A stretch of 64,000 nucleotides of DNA from a virus: positions 1-64,000 of IMG/VR virus record IMGVR_UViG_3300027635_000001; one strand, written 5' to 3'. A program made the position numbers and the translations under genes. A model generated the notes under the pieces. The model worked only from the letters and a program-made list of their open reading frames with translations. It was not told the origin of the DNA and made no database searches. Below, in pieces: positions 1 to 7,986 of this stretch (the first letter of the stretch is position 1; every line of letters starts with the position of its first letter).

Positions 1-1
1 C

Positions 2-235
2 GCCGCGCTAAAGTCCGCAAATAACAGCGGCGACAAGACGGAGAAGAGCCTTACGGAGGCGATCCGGGCCGTCGAGAAACAAGTGGCGGACCTGCGGGAA
101 CGGCTGTCCGACAAGCTCTCTCGCGACAAGGGCGGAGAGGATACGGTCGGGAGGCAGTTATCGCTGGGCGCACTGGCGGTGTCCGTGATCGTCGCTATCG
201 TCGCCGTGCTGGCGCTATTTCTACATAAAGGCTGA
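2..235 (+). CDS. C-terminal fragment of a coiled-coil, tail-anchored membrane protein (5' end outside window)
   Basis: Open frame from the window edge to TGA 233-235. It reads ...EKSLTEAIRAVEKQVADLRERLSDK... and ends in the hydrophobic LSLGALAVSVIVAIVAVLALFL. Same architecture as the next ORF. Confidence 0.4.
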   Translation, partial: AALKSANNSGDKTEKSLTEAIRAVEKQVADLRERLSDKLSRDKGGEDTVGRQLSLGALAVSVIVAIVAVLALFLHKG

Positions 236-293
236 ATACCTGACACAATGGAATGGTTCCAGTCAGCAAGTCCTAGGTCAAGGGATCAATGAC

Positions 294-671
294 GTGGACG
301 AGGAACGAGACAATGAAGATGATATGCGTGCGCCGCTCAGAGACGAGCTAAATCATGAGATGAAACGCCGGATCGACAAGCTAGAGAGATGGCAGATTGC
401 GGCAGACCTGATGATCAAGGATCAACAATATCGCCTCGGGCAGTTTGAAGCGCACATGACGAATGAATTCAAGGATCAGAACACAGACATAAAGAGGAAT
501 TTCGACACCTTGAATAACAAGCTTGACAACGTGATTTCCGATCAAATGACTTGGGCGATCGTTCGCAACGTGTTCAAGTGGCTGGCGGTCGCGCTTGGTT
601 CGATCACTGCCGGGGCATGGGCTATATTTCAGTTTGCCTACGACCATTATCACCACAACGGCGTCAAATGA
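294..671 (+). CDS. hypothetical coiled-coil protein with C-terminal transmembrane anchor
   Basis: 125-aa ORF with a GTG start in a visibly lower-GC stretch. Charged heptad-like N-terminus; C-terminal VFKWLAVALGSITAGAWAIFQFAY hydrophobic helix. Confidence 0.55.
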   Translation: MDEERDNEDDMRAPLRDELNHEMKRRIDKLERWQIAADLMIKDQQYRLGQFEAHMTNEFKDQNTDIKRNFDTLNNKLDNVISDQMTWAIVRNVFKWLAVALGSITAGAWAIFQFAYDHYHHNGVK

Positions 672-757
672 CCGCCCGCCTGCTCCTGCCGGCGCTGGCG
701 GTCGCGTTCGCGCTGGCGTGGTGCGCGGCGAACTGGTGGGCGTGGCGGGGAGGCTGA
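668..757 (+). CDS. 29-aa hydrophobic peptide (MTARLLLPALAVAFALAWCAANWWAWRGG)
   Basis: ATG 668 overlaps the upstream stop (ATGA). Single hydrophobic helix. Below the ORF-track size cutoff as an independent start. Confidence 0.3.
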   Translation: MTARLLLPALAVAFALAWCAANWWAWRGG

Positions 758-825
758 ACGGGTGATTTTTCGGCATTAAAAACGGATTAATATTCCCATT
801 ATTATTCCCGCCCGCCCCGCCGCGC

Positions 826-853
826 CCGCCCCGCCGACCGGGCGGTTTGCGTT
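826..853. terminator. possible bidirectional intrinsic terminator between convergent genes
   Basis: CCGCCC (826-831) / GGGCGG (840-845) stem with an 8-nt loop, followed by TTTGCGTTT. It sits between the plus ORFs ending at 757 and the minus ORF ending at 854. Confidence 0.35.
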
Positions 854-1105
854 TCATGGGCTGGCCAGCGCAGCGTCGATCATGGCCATCCATGCGCGTC
901 GAATGATATGCGAATAGGTCGGCCTATATTTTTCGTGTTCAGCGAATCCAGCATCCATCATATGTGCGGTCGGCTCGCGCATCGCCTCGATCGCGGCGCG
1001 GGCGGCATTATCCCAGCTAAAGGGCTTATTCACAGTTTCGGCTTGCATCGCCTTCGCGACGCGCCCGATCATTTCTCCGGTCATGCCGTTATCCATATTA
1101 TTCAT
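854..1105 (-). CDS. hypothetical protein (83 aa)
   Basis: Clean ORF with protein-like composition (MNNMDNGMTGEMIGRVAKAMQ...). No family recognised. Confidence 0.5.
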   Translation of the reverse strand: MNNMDNGMTGEMIGRVAKAMQAETVNKPFSWDNAARAAIEAMREPTAHMMDAGFAEHEKYRPTYSHIIRRAWMAMIDAALASP

Positions 1106-1245
1106 GTTGTGCCGAGAAAGGTGACGACGCGAAACCGCTTTTGTTGCCGCAAATGCGCGGCTTGCGTGTCTTGCGCTAAACTATAAGCCATTGAAATTGC
1201 GGCGGTCGCCATGTCTAGAGGGCGATTTCGGCCGGTACGGCAACG

Positions 1246-1287
1246 GGTTTTCAAGACCGCTGCCTTAAACCGCTCGGCCATCCTTCC
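1246..1287 (-). other. tRNA-Ser(UGA) 5'-half-like segment (no 3' half); candidate att core
   Basis: The minus strand reads GGAAGGA-TG-GCC-GAGCGGTTTAA-GGC-A-GCGGT-CTTGAAA-ACC. This gives an acceptor 5' strand, a class-II D-arm, the anticodon stem 5' strand and a loop with anticodon TGA. Downstream there is no complementary stem strand, T-arm or acceptor 3' strand. Confidence 0.6.
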
Positions 1288-1319
1288 CACGCTATATTCT
1301 TCTAGGCGTTCCGTCGATT

Positions 1320-1670
1320 TCATGTTGACGAAACCGCTTGGGCTGTGCCGTCTTTTGTGTCGTCAGCACGCCGCGCCATCCTTATCGCTTCCGCCGTCTC
1401 TGGCGTACCCATCGGATGCCCGGCCCTGCGATTGCCCACCATGAAGGCGAGAGTCCGCATAGGGATCGAGACTGCCCCAAAGGCAAGCGCCAACTCACGC
1501 TTCGATATGGCAATATCATAGTGATCGCCCTGAAACCACTTCCGAGCGATACCGATCCGAGCAGCCATAGCGTGGAGTTCATCGTCGGTGTCGGCGATCA
1601 TATGCGACATTTTCATGCGCCCGAATTGTCCCATCGGATATTTGTGCATATCGTCGACGTAAACGCTCAT
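1320..1670 (-). CDS. DUF4031-family protein
   Basis: The 116-aa sequence MSVYVDDMHKYP...MSHMIADTDDELHAMAARIGIARKWFQGDHYDIAISKRELALAFGA matches my memory of the DUF4031 signature. Its start overlaps the integrase stop (ATGA at 1667-1670). Confidence 0.7.
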   Translation of the reverse strand: MSVYVDDMHKYPMGQFGRMKMSHMIADTDDELHAMAARIGIARKWFQGDHYDIAISKRELALAFGAVSIPMRTLAFMVGNRRAGHPMGTPETAEAIRMARRADDTKDGTAQAVSST

Positions 1671-2683
1671 GCCGCCCTCCCTTTCTTCGCCGCGTCCGCC
1701 TCGGCTGGCGTCAGGAACGCGAGGTAATGATCTTCGGTCGTCTTGACGCTGGTATGGCCTAAGTGTTTGGAAAGCGTATAAATGTCCATCCCGTCGCGCA
1801 GCGCCTCGACGGCGAAAAGGTGGCGCAAGTCGTGGAAACGAAAGCGCCGAAAGCCCTTGTCGGCGTGCTCCACGATCCGCCGGACGTGGCAGAAATCGCT
1901 TGCCGCTGCGACATAGCCGACGCCGCCCGGGAGACAGAAAATCAGGTCGCCCCCGAGCGTGCGCGGCTGTGCCGATAAATGTGCCGTCGCCGCATCGGAT
2001 AGCTCGAGCGTCCGGCGCTTGTTTCCCTTGCCGATAACTTCGAGCGTCCGCGCGCGTGCGTTGAACTGGCGCCAAGTCGTGCGCACGAGTTCGTCCTGCC
2101 GGCAACCCGTTAGCCACGCCGCTCGGATGAAGCTCCCGAATCGAGGCGAGGCGGCGGCGATGACGCGCTCGATGTCGGCGTGGTCGGGCAGCGCGATCGG
2201 ATCTCGGCGCTCTTTCACGGTGCGGCGCTTCGATAGGGTCGGGTTGCCTTCGCGCCAGTCCATACCCTCGGCAAACGTCAGGACGCGGCTCACGGCGGTA
2301 AGGTCGCGTCGGATGGTGGCATTCGACGCGCCTGCCGCTCGGCGCCCTTGTATCAACGCCGCAATGACCTTCCCGTCGATCTTGGCGATATCTATCTCGA
2401 TAAGGAAGGGCTCGCATTGCTTGAAGCTTACGGCGTAGCGCTTGGCTGTCGTCTGGGCGATCTGTCCAGCCTCATGCTCATGCCACGCCGTTACGGCGTC
2501 GCGCCATGGCCGGCGGACCTCGTTGTGCCACGCCGCGTCTTTGAGTTCCTTGATCTTTTCGTCCCGGAGCTTCCGAGCATGCTTCGCATCGCTTGTTCGT
2601 AGGCTCTCGCGGCGCTCGTCTCCGTCGACGGTAATCCGAAGCCACCAGACTCCGCCTCGCTTGAACATGTTCTTTTCGGGCAT
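1667..2683 (-). CDS. int: tyrosine recombinase / phage integrase
   Basis: MPEKNMFKRGGVWWLRI... N-terminal SAM-like domain. C-terminal catalytic motifs ...AAWLTGCRQDEL..., HDLRH, LGHTSVKTTEDHY. GGAGGA lies about 7 nt upstream of ATG 2683. The upstream part of the 432-aa track ORF is Arg-rich and is rejected. Confidence 0.93.
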   Translation of the reverse strand: MPEKNMFKRGGVWWLRITVDGDERRESLRTSDAKHARKLRDEKIKELKDAAWHNEVRRPWRDAVTAWHEHEAGQIAQTTAKRYAVSFKQCEPFLIEIDIAKIDGKVIAALIQGRRAAGASNATIRRDLTAVSRVLTFAEGMDWREGNPTLSKRRTVKERRDPIALPDHADIERVIAAASPRFGSFIRAAWLTGCRQDELVRTTWRQFNARARTLEVIGKGNKRRTLELSDAATAHLSAQPRTLGGDLIFCLPGGVGYVAAASDFCHVRRIVEHADKGFRRFRFHDLRHLFAVEALRDGMDIYTLSKHLGHTSVKTTEDHYLAFLTPAEADAAKKGRAA

Positions 2684-2880
2684 GCCGCTTCCTCCCGTTC
2701 GATAACGTAGGCGGTGATTTTCGCTACGTCGAACGTCCACAACTTGCCGATTTGGGCCGCCCCTGGCAACTTGCCCTTGGCAGCCATCCACTGGACCGTC
2801 CTCGCCGCGACGCCGAGGATGCGCGCGGCGGCTGCGGTCTGGACGCGCTCGGCTTGCGTGACGGCGGCGGGGCGTCTCAC
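2491..2880 (-). CDS. excisionase/AlpA-like helix-turn-helix protein (3' end uncertain, frame runs about 190 nt into int)
   Basis: N-terminus TAAAARILGVAARTVQWMAAKGKLPGAAQIGKLWTFDVAKI resembles the excisionase-family HTH. It lies directly upstream of int. Confidence 0.6.
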   Translation of the reverse strand: MRRPAAVTQAERVQTAAAARILGVAARTVQWMAAKGKLPGAAQIGKLWTFDVAKITAYVIEREEAACPKRTCSSEAESGGFGLPSTETSAARAYEQAMRSMLGSSGTKRSRNSKTRRGTTRSAGHGATP

Positions 2881-3074
2881 GATACCGACCTCTGTTCCTG
2901 ATGGCAGACCACGAGATAATCCACGATAGCGTTAGCAGCCTTCGCCGCCTGCCTCGGGCTCGCATGAGCGGTTTTCATGATGATTCTAGCGATAACCGCC
3001 GCGTCTATTTCGATGATCTTTGGCGCAGATGGCGATGCGTTGATGGCGACTTCGATGTCTTCGGCCATGCTCAC
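2877..3074 (-). CDS. hypothetical protein (65 aa)
   Basis: ORF whose stop overlaps the Xis-like start. No family recognised. Confidence 0.45.
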   Translation of the reverse strand: MSMAEDIEVAINASPSAPKIIEIDAAVIARIIMKTAHASPRQAAKAANAIVDYLVVCHQEQRSVS

Positions 3075-3457
3075 TCCCCCTTCGCGGATAGCTTGGCGAG
3101 AACGGCGCGGGCCTTGTCCCGATATTCTATCGCGAGAGCCAAATATTCCCGCTCGTGCGGACGCTGGCCATCCTCCATGTCGGAGACGTGGTCGGTGATG
3201 AAATCCTCCGTTTCGGTCAGCGCCTCGCGCACCGCCGCCAGATCGGCGGATAGCCGGGCGATCGTGACGTCTCGCACCGCGATGGCAGCGCGTTGGATAT
3301 CTGCGTATTCTACCATTTCGTTGATCACCTCGACAGGAGTCTTGAACGAGTCTTCGATCTCCAGCGCGTGAACGATGGCGTCGAGTTGGCTAAGGGCGTC
3401 TGTTTCGGCCGGCGGCTCGACCTTCTCGATGGATTTGCCGTTGCGGAGGATTTTCAT
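3071..3457 (-). CDS. hypothetical protein (128 aa)
   Basis: Internal start MKILRNGKSIEK... at 3457 overlaps the upstream stop. The N-terminal Arg-rich extension in the track ORF is rejected. Confidence 0.55.
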   Translation of the reverse strand: MKILRNGKSIEKVEPPAETDALSQLDAIVHALEIEDSFKTPVEVINEMVEYADIQRAAIAVRDVTIARLSADLAAVREALTETEDFITDHVSDMEDGQRPHEREYLALAIEYRDKARAVLAKLSAKGE

Positions 3458-3660
3458 CAATGCCTCATCCTCTTGGTCAGCCAAATTTCTGTGCCCAGCC
3501 GAGCAAAGTTGCGCGTGTCGACGCTGACGGAATCGACATACAGGTGCGTTTCTTCCTCCAATTCGTAGAGCGCGCGCCTGATCTTTTCTTCGGCGGACTT
3601 GACTGCCCCGCGTTGGAACGGGGTAAGGTCGTGGTCGTAAATCAGGTCTGTGTCGCTCAC
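3457..3660 (-). CDS. hypothetical protein (67 aa)
   Basis: ORF with start/stop overlaps to both neighbours. Confidence 0.5.
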   Translation of the reverse strand: MSDTDLIYDHDLTPFQRGAVKSAEEKIRRALYELEEETHLYVDSVSVDTRNFARLGTEIWLTKRMRH

Positions 3661-4895
3661 CCCCGCCCTCCCGCCGCACGTCCCCGCTCCGCATCCGCCG
3701 CCTTCGCCGTCTCGTGCCAGGACGAAGCCAGCGTCGGGCTCACAAGGTCCGCCTCGCGCGTCCGGCGCAGGCCTTCGAGATAGTCCGCCAGCGCCGCAGT
3801 CCCGGCCGCTGCGCGCGCGGCGCCGTCCTTACGGATTTCGGCTTTGCGGATCCTGATGAGGTCTTCCATAGGATTTTCGTTCAGCGCTGCGCCAGCCGCG
3901 AGGTCGGAAGGCGCCGCAGCCCCGGGGGGAGAGACCGCGACGCCTTCCAGCGGCCCCACTGCCGCCTCCGCAGGACCGGGAGTCCCGCCCGCGGGTTCCG
4001 TGGCCGCGCCGGGGGCGGGGGTGTCTTGCGCCTCGCCCTCGTGCGGGGAGAGGGGATTGTCTTCGGCGTCACCGTTCTCTGGCTGCGGCTCGTCTGGCTC
4101 GCCGTTCGTCACGCCCGCCAACGCATCCAGCCTCGCGCCTAGCGTCTTCGGCGGCGCGGTCAGCCGCTTGTCGCTTTTGCCCTCGAGGTCATACAATTCA
4201 TCGTCACGACGCAACAAATCGTCCAAATCGGTTGACATCGGCAGCACTTTCGAGTGGCGCCTTGCGACGGTCTTCTTCGCCATCTCGTCATACGATTTGA
4301 CCCAGGCGCCGGAAAATTTCCCGTCTCGGTCGCGTTTCGAATAAGTGTCGCGGACATAGTCGACCTCGCTGCGGCTCATGACGTCGCGGGTCTTCTCGCC
4401 GGATTTCAGCACGGCCACCGAATAGACGGCGACCATGGCGCCGCGATCGCCGAGAAACGGCCGATGCTTGATGAAAGGATCGTCGCCTAGCTCAAACTCG
4501 AAATGATCCTTTTCGTGGACCGTGTGAACATCCCACGTCGCGATAGTGTCGGAATTGCGAACCTTCTTTCTGATGCCGGCGATCATCGGCATCCACGAGA
4601 CTTTCGCGATCCATTCGCTGGCTACCTTCGTCTTATAGATGACGAGCGCGCCTTCGCGATTGTCCGGCAGCAAGCCATCCGTCGCGGCCTTCATCGCCGA
4701 TGTGAACAGCGAAGCACGATCGGCTTTCAGCAATTCTGGATTTAGTTGGCATGCCGTCAGGATCACGCGGATGAAGCGCTCGACGGGGATATGCGCGGGG
4801 AGCCCCGCATGGAACTCGGCTTGCCGATCTATGAACTGCGTTTTGAGCTTGATCAGCGGATGGCTGGCGGGCTCGACGTTGGTTATGGCGTTCAT
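3657..4895 (-). CDS. recT: RecT-family single-strand annealing protein with low-complexity C-terminal extension
   Basis: The stretch ...SLFTSAMKAATDGLLPDNREGALVIY...WMPMIAGIRKK...HEKDHFEFE...SYDEMAKKTVARRHSKVLPMS is RecT-like. The last 130 aa or so are Pro/Ala/Gly-rich. Confidence 0.85.
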   Translation of the reverse strand: MNAITNVEPASHPLIKLKTQFIDRQAEFHAGLPAHIPVERFIRVILTACQLNPELLKADRASLFTSAMKAATDGLLPDNREGALVIYKTKVASEWIAKVSWMPMIAGIRKKVRNSDTIATWDVHTVHEKDHFEFELGDDPFIKHRPFLGDRGAMVAVYSVAVLKSGEKTRDVMSRSEVDYVRDTYSKRDRDGKFSGAWVKSYDEMAKKTVARRHSKVLPMSTDLDDLLRRDDELYDLEGKSDKRLTAPPKTLGARLDALAGVTNGEPDEPQPENGDAEDNPLSPHEGEAQDTPAPGAATEPAGGTPGPAEAAVGPLEGVAVSPPGAAAPSDLAAGAALNENPMEDLIRIRKAEIRKDGAARAAAGTAALADYLEGLRRTREADLVSPTLASSWHETAKAADAERGRAAGGRG

Positions 4896-5932
4896 GCTGC
4901 TTTCACCTTGATTGTTCGATAGGTTGACGGGTTGACCATGTATCCCTTGCGGTGCGTCGTCGGCGCTTCAATCAGACGGCCATCAGCTAGGCGCCCGCGC
5001 GCGGCGTTGCCTAGCATGTTGATGATTTCCGCATCGAGAGACTTCCGCGCCTTCTCGGCTTCGCTGCCGTTCTTTTCGGTCGCCTTGTATCCGTCTCGCT
5101 TGGCGAGCAGTTCGGATATGCGATTATTACCGCTGAGATCTACTTCGGCGCCGGCTTCGGCCTCGCTATAAATCTGCGCGATCATCCATCCATCACGGTC
5201 GAAATCTGGCGAGTAAGGATCATTCTCGGCAATCCTGCGCCAGAAATCGGCTACGAGCTCGCGCGCCTTGACCATCAACTGAGGATGCAGCGGAACCTCG
5301 ATCAGATAGAAATCGATGTTGAAGTTGGCCACGAATGCGCCGACGTAGGCGAAAGCACAGTCCGACAGCGTTGCGTCGTCTATTGCCTGGATCGCGGCCG
5401 AAAGCGGCGGCACGATCTCGCCGTCCTGTTTCCACTCCCTGTCGAAAACCATCTGCGCCATCGACTTGATTTGAAGCGTGCCCTTTTTACCGGGCCGCGC
5501 AGGGTCCCATAGAAACGTGTCGGGGGTCGACGACATCCTGGCTTGCTGATCGACATAGACGCATCCGCCGCCGGGGACCGGATTTGGCGACACTGTCCAT
5601 GTCGGGCGAAGTAGGCGCATGCACTCGATCGCATCGTCCTCAAAGAGGTTGCCGCGCCCGGTCGGCGGGATGCAAACGCTATTCTCGCGTATCTCGATCT
5701 CTGGAAACTCGCGCTTGGCTAGACCGGACTTCTCAGCAAACAGGGCGTAGGCGCTCTGATGCTTGCTGACGCCGAACAGCGACGGCAATTCGCTCCCGCC
5801 AACAGTCGTCATCTTCCCGGCAAGCCATTCCTCACGAGACGATGGCCTGACGATCTCGATCGCGCGCGTCGGCTTGAGCCCGGCGACGATTCCGGCGGAG
5901 ATGTCGCCCAACTTCTCGAAATTGTCGCGCAT
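4892..5932 (-). CDS. YqaJ-like (lambda Exo-type, PD-(D/E)XK) recombination exonuclease
   Basis: The N-terminal SSREEWLAGKMTTVGGSELPSLFGVSKHQSAYALF matches the YqaJ motif. It lies directly upstream of recT and overlaps it. Confidence 0.7.
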   Translation of the reverse strand: MRDNFEKLGDISAGIVAGLKPTRAIEIVRPSSREEWLAGKMTTVGGSELPSLFGVSKHQSAYALFAEKSGLAKREFPEIEIRENSVCIPPTGRGNLFEDDAIECMRLLRPTWTVSPNPVPGGGCVYVDQQARMSSTPDTFLWDPARPGKKGTLQIKSMAQMVFDREWKQDGEIVPPLSAAIQAIDDATLSDCAFAYVGAFVANFNIDFYLIEVPLHPQLMVKARELVADFWRRIAENDPYSPDFDRDGWMIAQIYSEAEAGAEVDLSGNNRISELLAKRDGYKATEKNGSEAEKARKSLDAEIINMLGNAARGRLADGRLIEAPTTHRKGYMVNPSTYRTIKVKAA

Positions 5933-5936
5933 CTGC

Positions 5937-6209
5937 CTACTCCCCGTCCAATTCGATGAACTGCCGTTCCGGGTCGCTGTCTTCGCCGACGTAGCTGATC
6001 CAGCCGGCGGCGTTGATCGCCTCGCGGATCACCGCATCGGTCGTGTTGAACGCGGTTGCGGCTTGGGCGACGCTGATGCGCACGGCGACTTGGAAGTTCA
6101 TGCCCGACCAAACAGCGAGCGCGGGGCCGAGGTCGCCGATGCTGATGCCGGTTTCGCCGTCTTGTTCTTCTTCCGATGAGAGGAACATTTCGCGTGTGAA
6201 AATAGACAT
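5937..6209 (-). CDS. hypothetical protein (90 aa)
   Basis: ORF in the early-left operon, acidic. No family recognised. Confidence 0.5.
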   Translation of the reverse strand: MSIFTREMFLSSEEEQDGETGISIGDLGPALAVWSGMNFQVAVRISVAQAATAFNTTDAVIREAINAAGWISYVGEDSDPERQFIELDGE

Positions 6210-6517
6210 TATGCCGCCTCACCAGTTTGCGCCTCTCCCCGCGCGCCCTCGACCTCGGAAAAGTCCGGCTCACCTAGGTCCGGTTCTCCAGTCACCATCT
6301 TCCCGCTCGCCAACCGCACCCGCTTGATCCGCGTGGCCACTTCCTCGAAGGCGTCAGCCAAATCCAGATCGGCGCGGGTCAGCGCGGCCTCGACATCCTC
6401 GACCTTCAAGCCGACCATGCGGATGTGCGCGACGCGACGTTCATAGGCGCGGCATTCGGCCTCGGTTGCGTGCAACACGCCGTCGAAGGCCGCGTATTTT
6501 GTGAGAATTTTCATCAT
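6209..6517 (-). CDS. hypothetical protein (102 aa)
   Basis: ORF whose stop overlaps the next start. No family recognised. Confidence 0.5.
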   Translation of the reverse strand: MMKILTKYAAFDGVLHATEAECRAYERRVAHIRMVGLKVEDVEAALTRADLDLADAFEEVATRIKRVRLASGKMVTGEPDLGEPDFSEVEGARGEAQTGEAA

Positions 6518-6521
6518 CGCC

Positions 6522-7673
6522 TCAGTATGTGATCGAAATCGCAGGAATCTTCCGGCTCGCGATCAGCGTAACGGCCAGCGTCGCCGCTTCCTCGACCATG
6601 CCGCCCGCGACCAGTGCATCGCGCGCCTTTCGGTTCACGGCGGCGGCGTGCCGCTTGTTCGCCTCGCGGCGCTCGGCTTCGGCCTTCGCACGGACGGCTT
6701 GTTCGGCTACTCGGCGCTCGGAAGCCGCAGCTGCTTCCGCAATCTCTCGCTTCGCCCGCGCATCGGCTTCGGCCGCGCGTCGCTCGGCCGCAGCTGCTTC
6801 GTCGCGCAACGCCTGCTCGCGGCGAGCGGCAACATCGCGCTCTTGCTGCGCTGCACGCTCGGCGGCCCGCGCGTCGTTCTCGCGCCGCTCACGCTCTTTC
6901 TGGGCGTCCGATTCCGCTTTCAGTCTGGCGCGCTCAGCGGCCTCGGCGGCGATCGTTGCCTCACGTTCCTTTCGCTGGCGCTCGCGCTCCACCGCCGCTG
7001 CGGCTTCCGCCTCTTTCTTGCGGATAGCCTCGCGCTCGGCTTCTGCGGCCCGTAGGCGGGCGTGTTCGGCTTGTTCGGCTTCCTGCTGCTGACGAACAAA
7101 GAGGGCTGCCCTGAGCGAGCGCAGTGCGCCGTCTTTAGCGCGCGCGTAATCGGACTCGAATTCCTCACAAGCGGCCGGGCTGATCCCGATCGCCTCGACG
7201 GCGGCAATCTGGGAGAGGAAGTCTACCGAACTAAAGCCCCCCGGAAGTCCGGCATTCGGAGCGATCGTCATCTCCGTCAAAAGCCTCAACTGGTCTTGGT
7301 GACGATCAGTCCTCGCCTTTTCTGCGACCTCCCACTCCGTCAGCGGCGCGCGGACCTCGGCCGCCCATGCGTCAAGCGTCGTGTTGATCCGGCGCCGGCT
7401 CGCGTCAATCTTGCCGGGGATCAGCTTCGCTTGGGCCGCCAACTCCTTCCCGACTTTCTCAAGCGCGGTCTTGCTACGCACCACCTTGAAAGCGAAGGAT
7501 GCGATTTCGTCGCGACCTTTTTTCGTCTTCACATCTGGGGCAACCCAAGCGTCGATTTTCTCGCGGACTTCGGCGAGGAGCGGGTCTAAGTCTTTGCCGC
7601 CATCTGACGTGAACAGCGCAAGGGCGGTCCCGGGATGCGACGGGATTGTTACGAGTTCGGTTTCCATTACCAT
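6522..7673 (-). CDS. coiled-coil protein with long Ala/Glu/Arg-rich central segment (possibly DUF1351-like)
   Basis: 383-aa ORF with a globular N-terminal part. About 150 aa of AEAEREAIRKKEAEAAAAVERERQRKERE...-type low complexity follow. Confidence 0.6.
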   Translation of the reverse strand: MVMETELVTIPSHPGTALALFTSDGGKDLDPLLAEVREKIDAWVAPDVKTKKGRDEIASFAFKVVRSKTALEKVGKELAAQAKLIPGKIDASRRRINTTLDAWAAEVRAPLTEWEVAEKARTDRHQDQLRLLTEMTIAPNAGLPGGFSSVDFLSQIAAVEAIGISPAACEEFESDYARAKDGALRSLRAALFVRQQQEAEQAEHARLRAAEAEREAIRKKEAEAAAAVERERQRKEREATIAAEAAERARLKAESDAQKERERRENDARAAERAAQQERDVAARREQALRDEAAAAERRAAEADARAKREIAEAAAASERRVAEQAVRAKAEAERREANKRHAAAVNRKARDALVAGGMVEEAATLAVTLIASRKIPAISITY

Positions 7674-7779
7674 AAATCTCCCTGGTCTTGATCTATGTCA
7701 GCGCAGCAAAGCCAAACCCCAAGCGCGATCAACGCGGCAACGACTGTGATTGCGGCGACGATACGAAGCGGATCGATGG

Positions 7780-7986
7780 TCATGGCTTAGCTCTGGCCTG
7801 CTTGATGGCGCGTCCGTTGGGACAGATGCAGTAAAACCTGCCGCCGCACTCGACCCCTGCCGGACTGTAGATTTTGCCACGAGTATCAATGAACCCATGA
7901 TTTCCGCATAGACCGCATAAGTCTTTAACCACGAACTCTTGTAGCCACATATCGGAGAACTGAGACTTGGTTATCGGTTTTGTCAT
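7780..7986 (-). CDS. small Cys-rich protein (68 aa)
   Basis: MTKPITKSQFSDMWLQEFVVKDLCGLCGNHGFIDTRGKIYSPAGVECGGRFYCICPNG. CxxC plus CxC suggest metal binding. The internal start overlaps the upstream stop. Confidence 0.5.
   Translation of the reverse strand: MTKPITKSQFSDMWLQEFVVKDLCGLCGNHGFIDTRGKIYSPAGVECGGRFYCICPNGRAIKQARAKP

Noticed and set aside
1667-2965. N-terminal extensions of track ORFs 1667..2965 and 1320..2417 (Arg/Pro-rich)
   Set aside because: The recognisable integrase and DUF4031 sequences begin at internal Met codons (2683, 1670). These have an SD or an ATGA overlap. The upstream parts overlap other genes and have junk composition.
6501-7092. Plus-strand ORFs 6501..7055, 6529..7092 and 6614..7027
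   Set aside because: They mirror the Ala/Glu/Arg repeat of the minus-strand coiled-coil gene. Ser/Arg/Ala-only composition.
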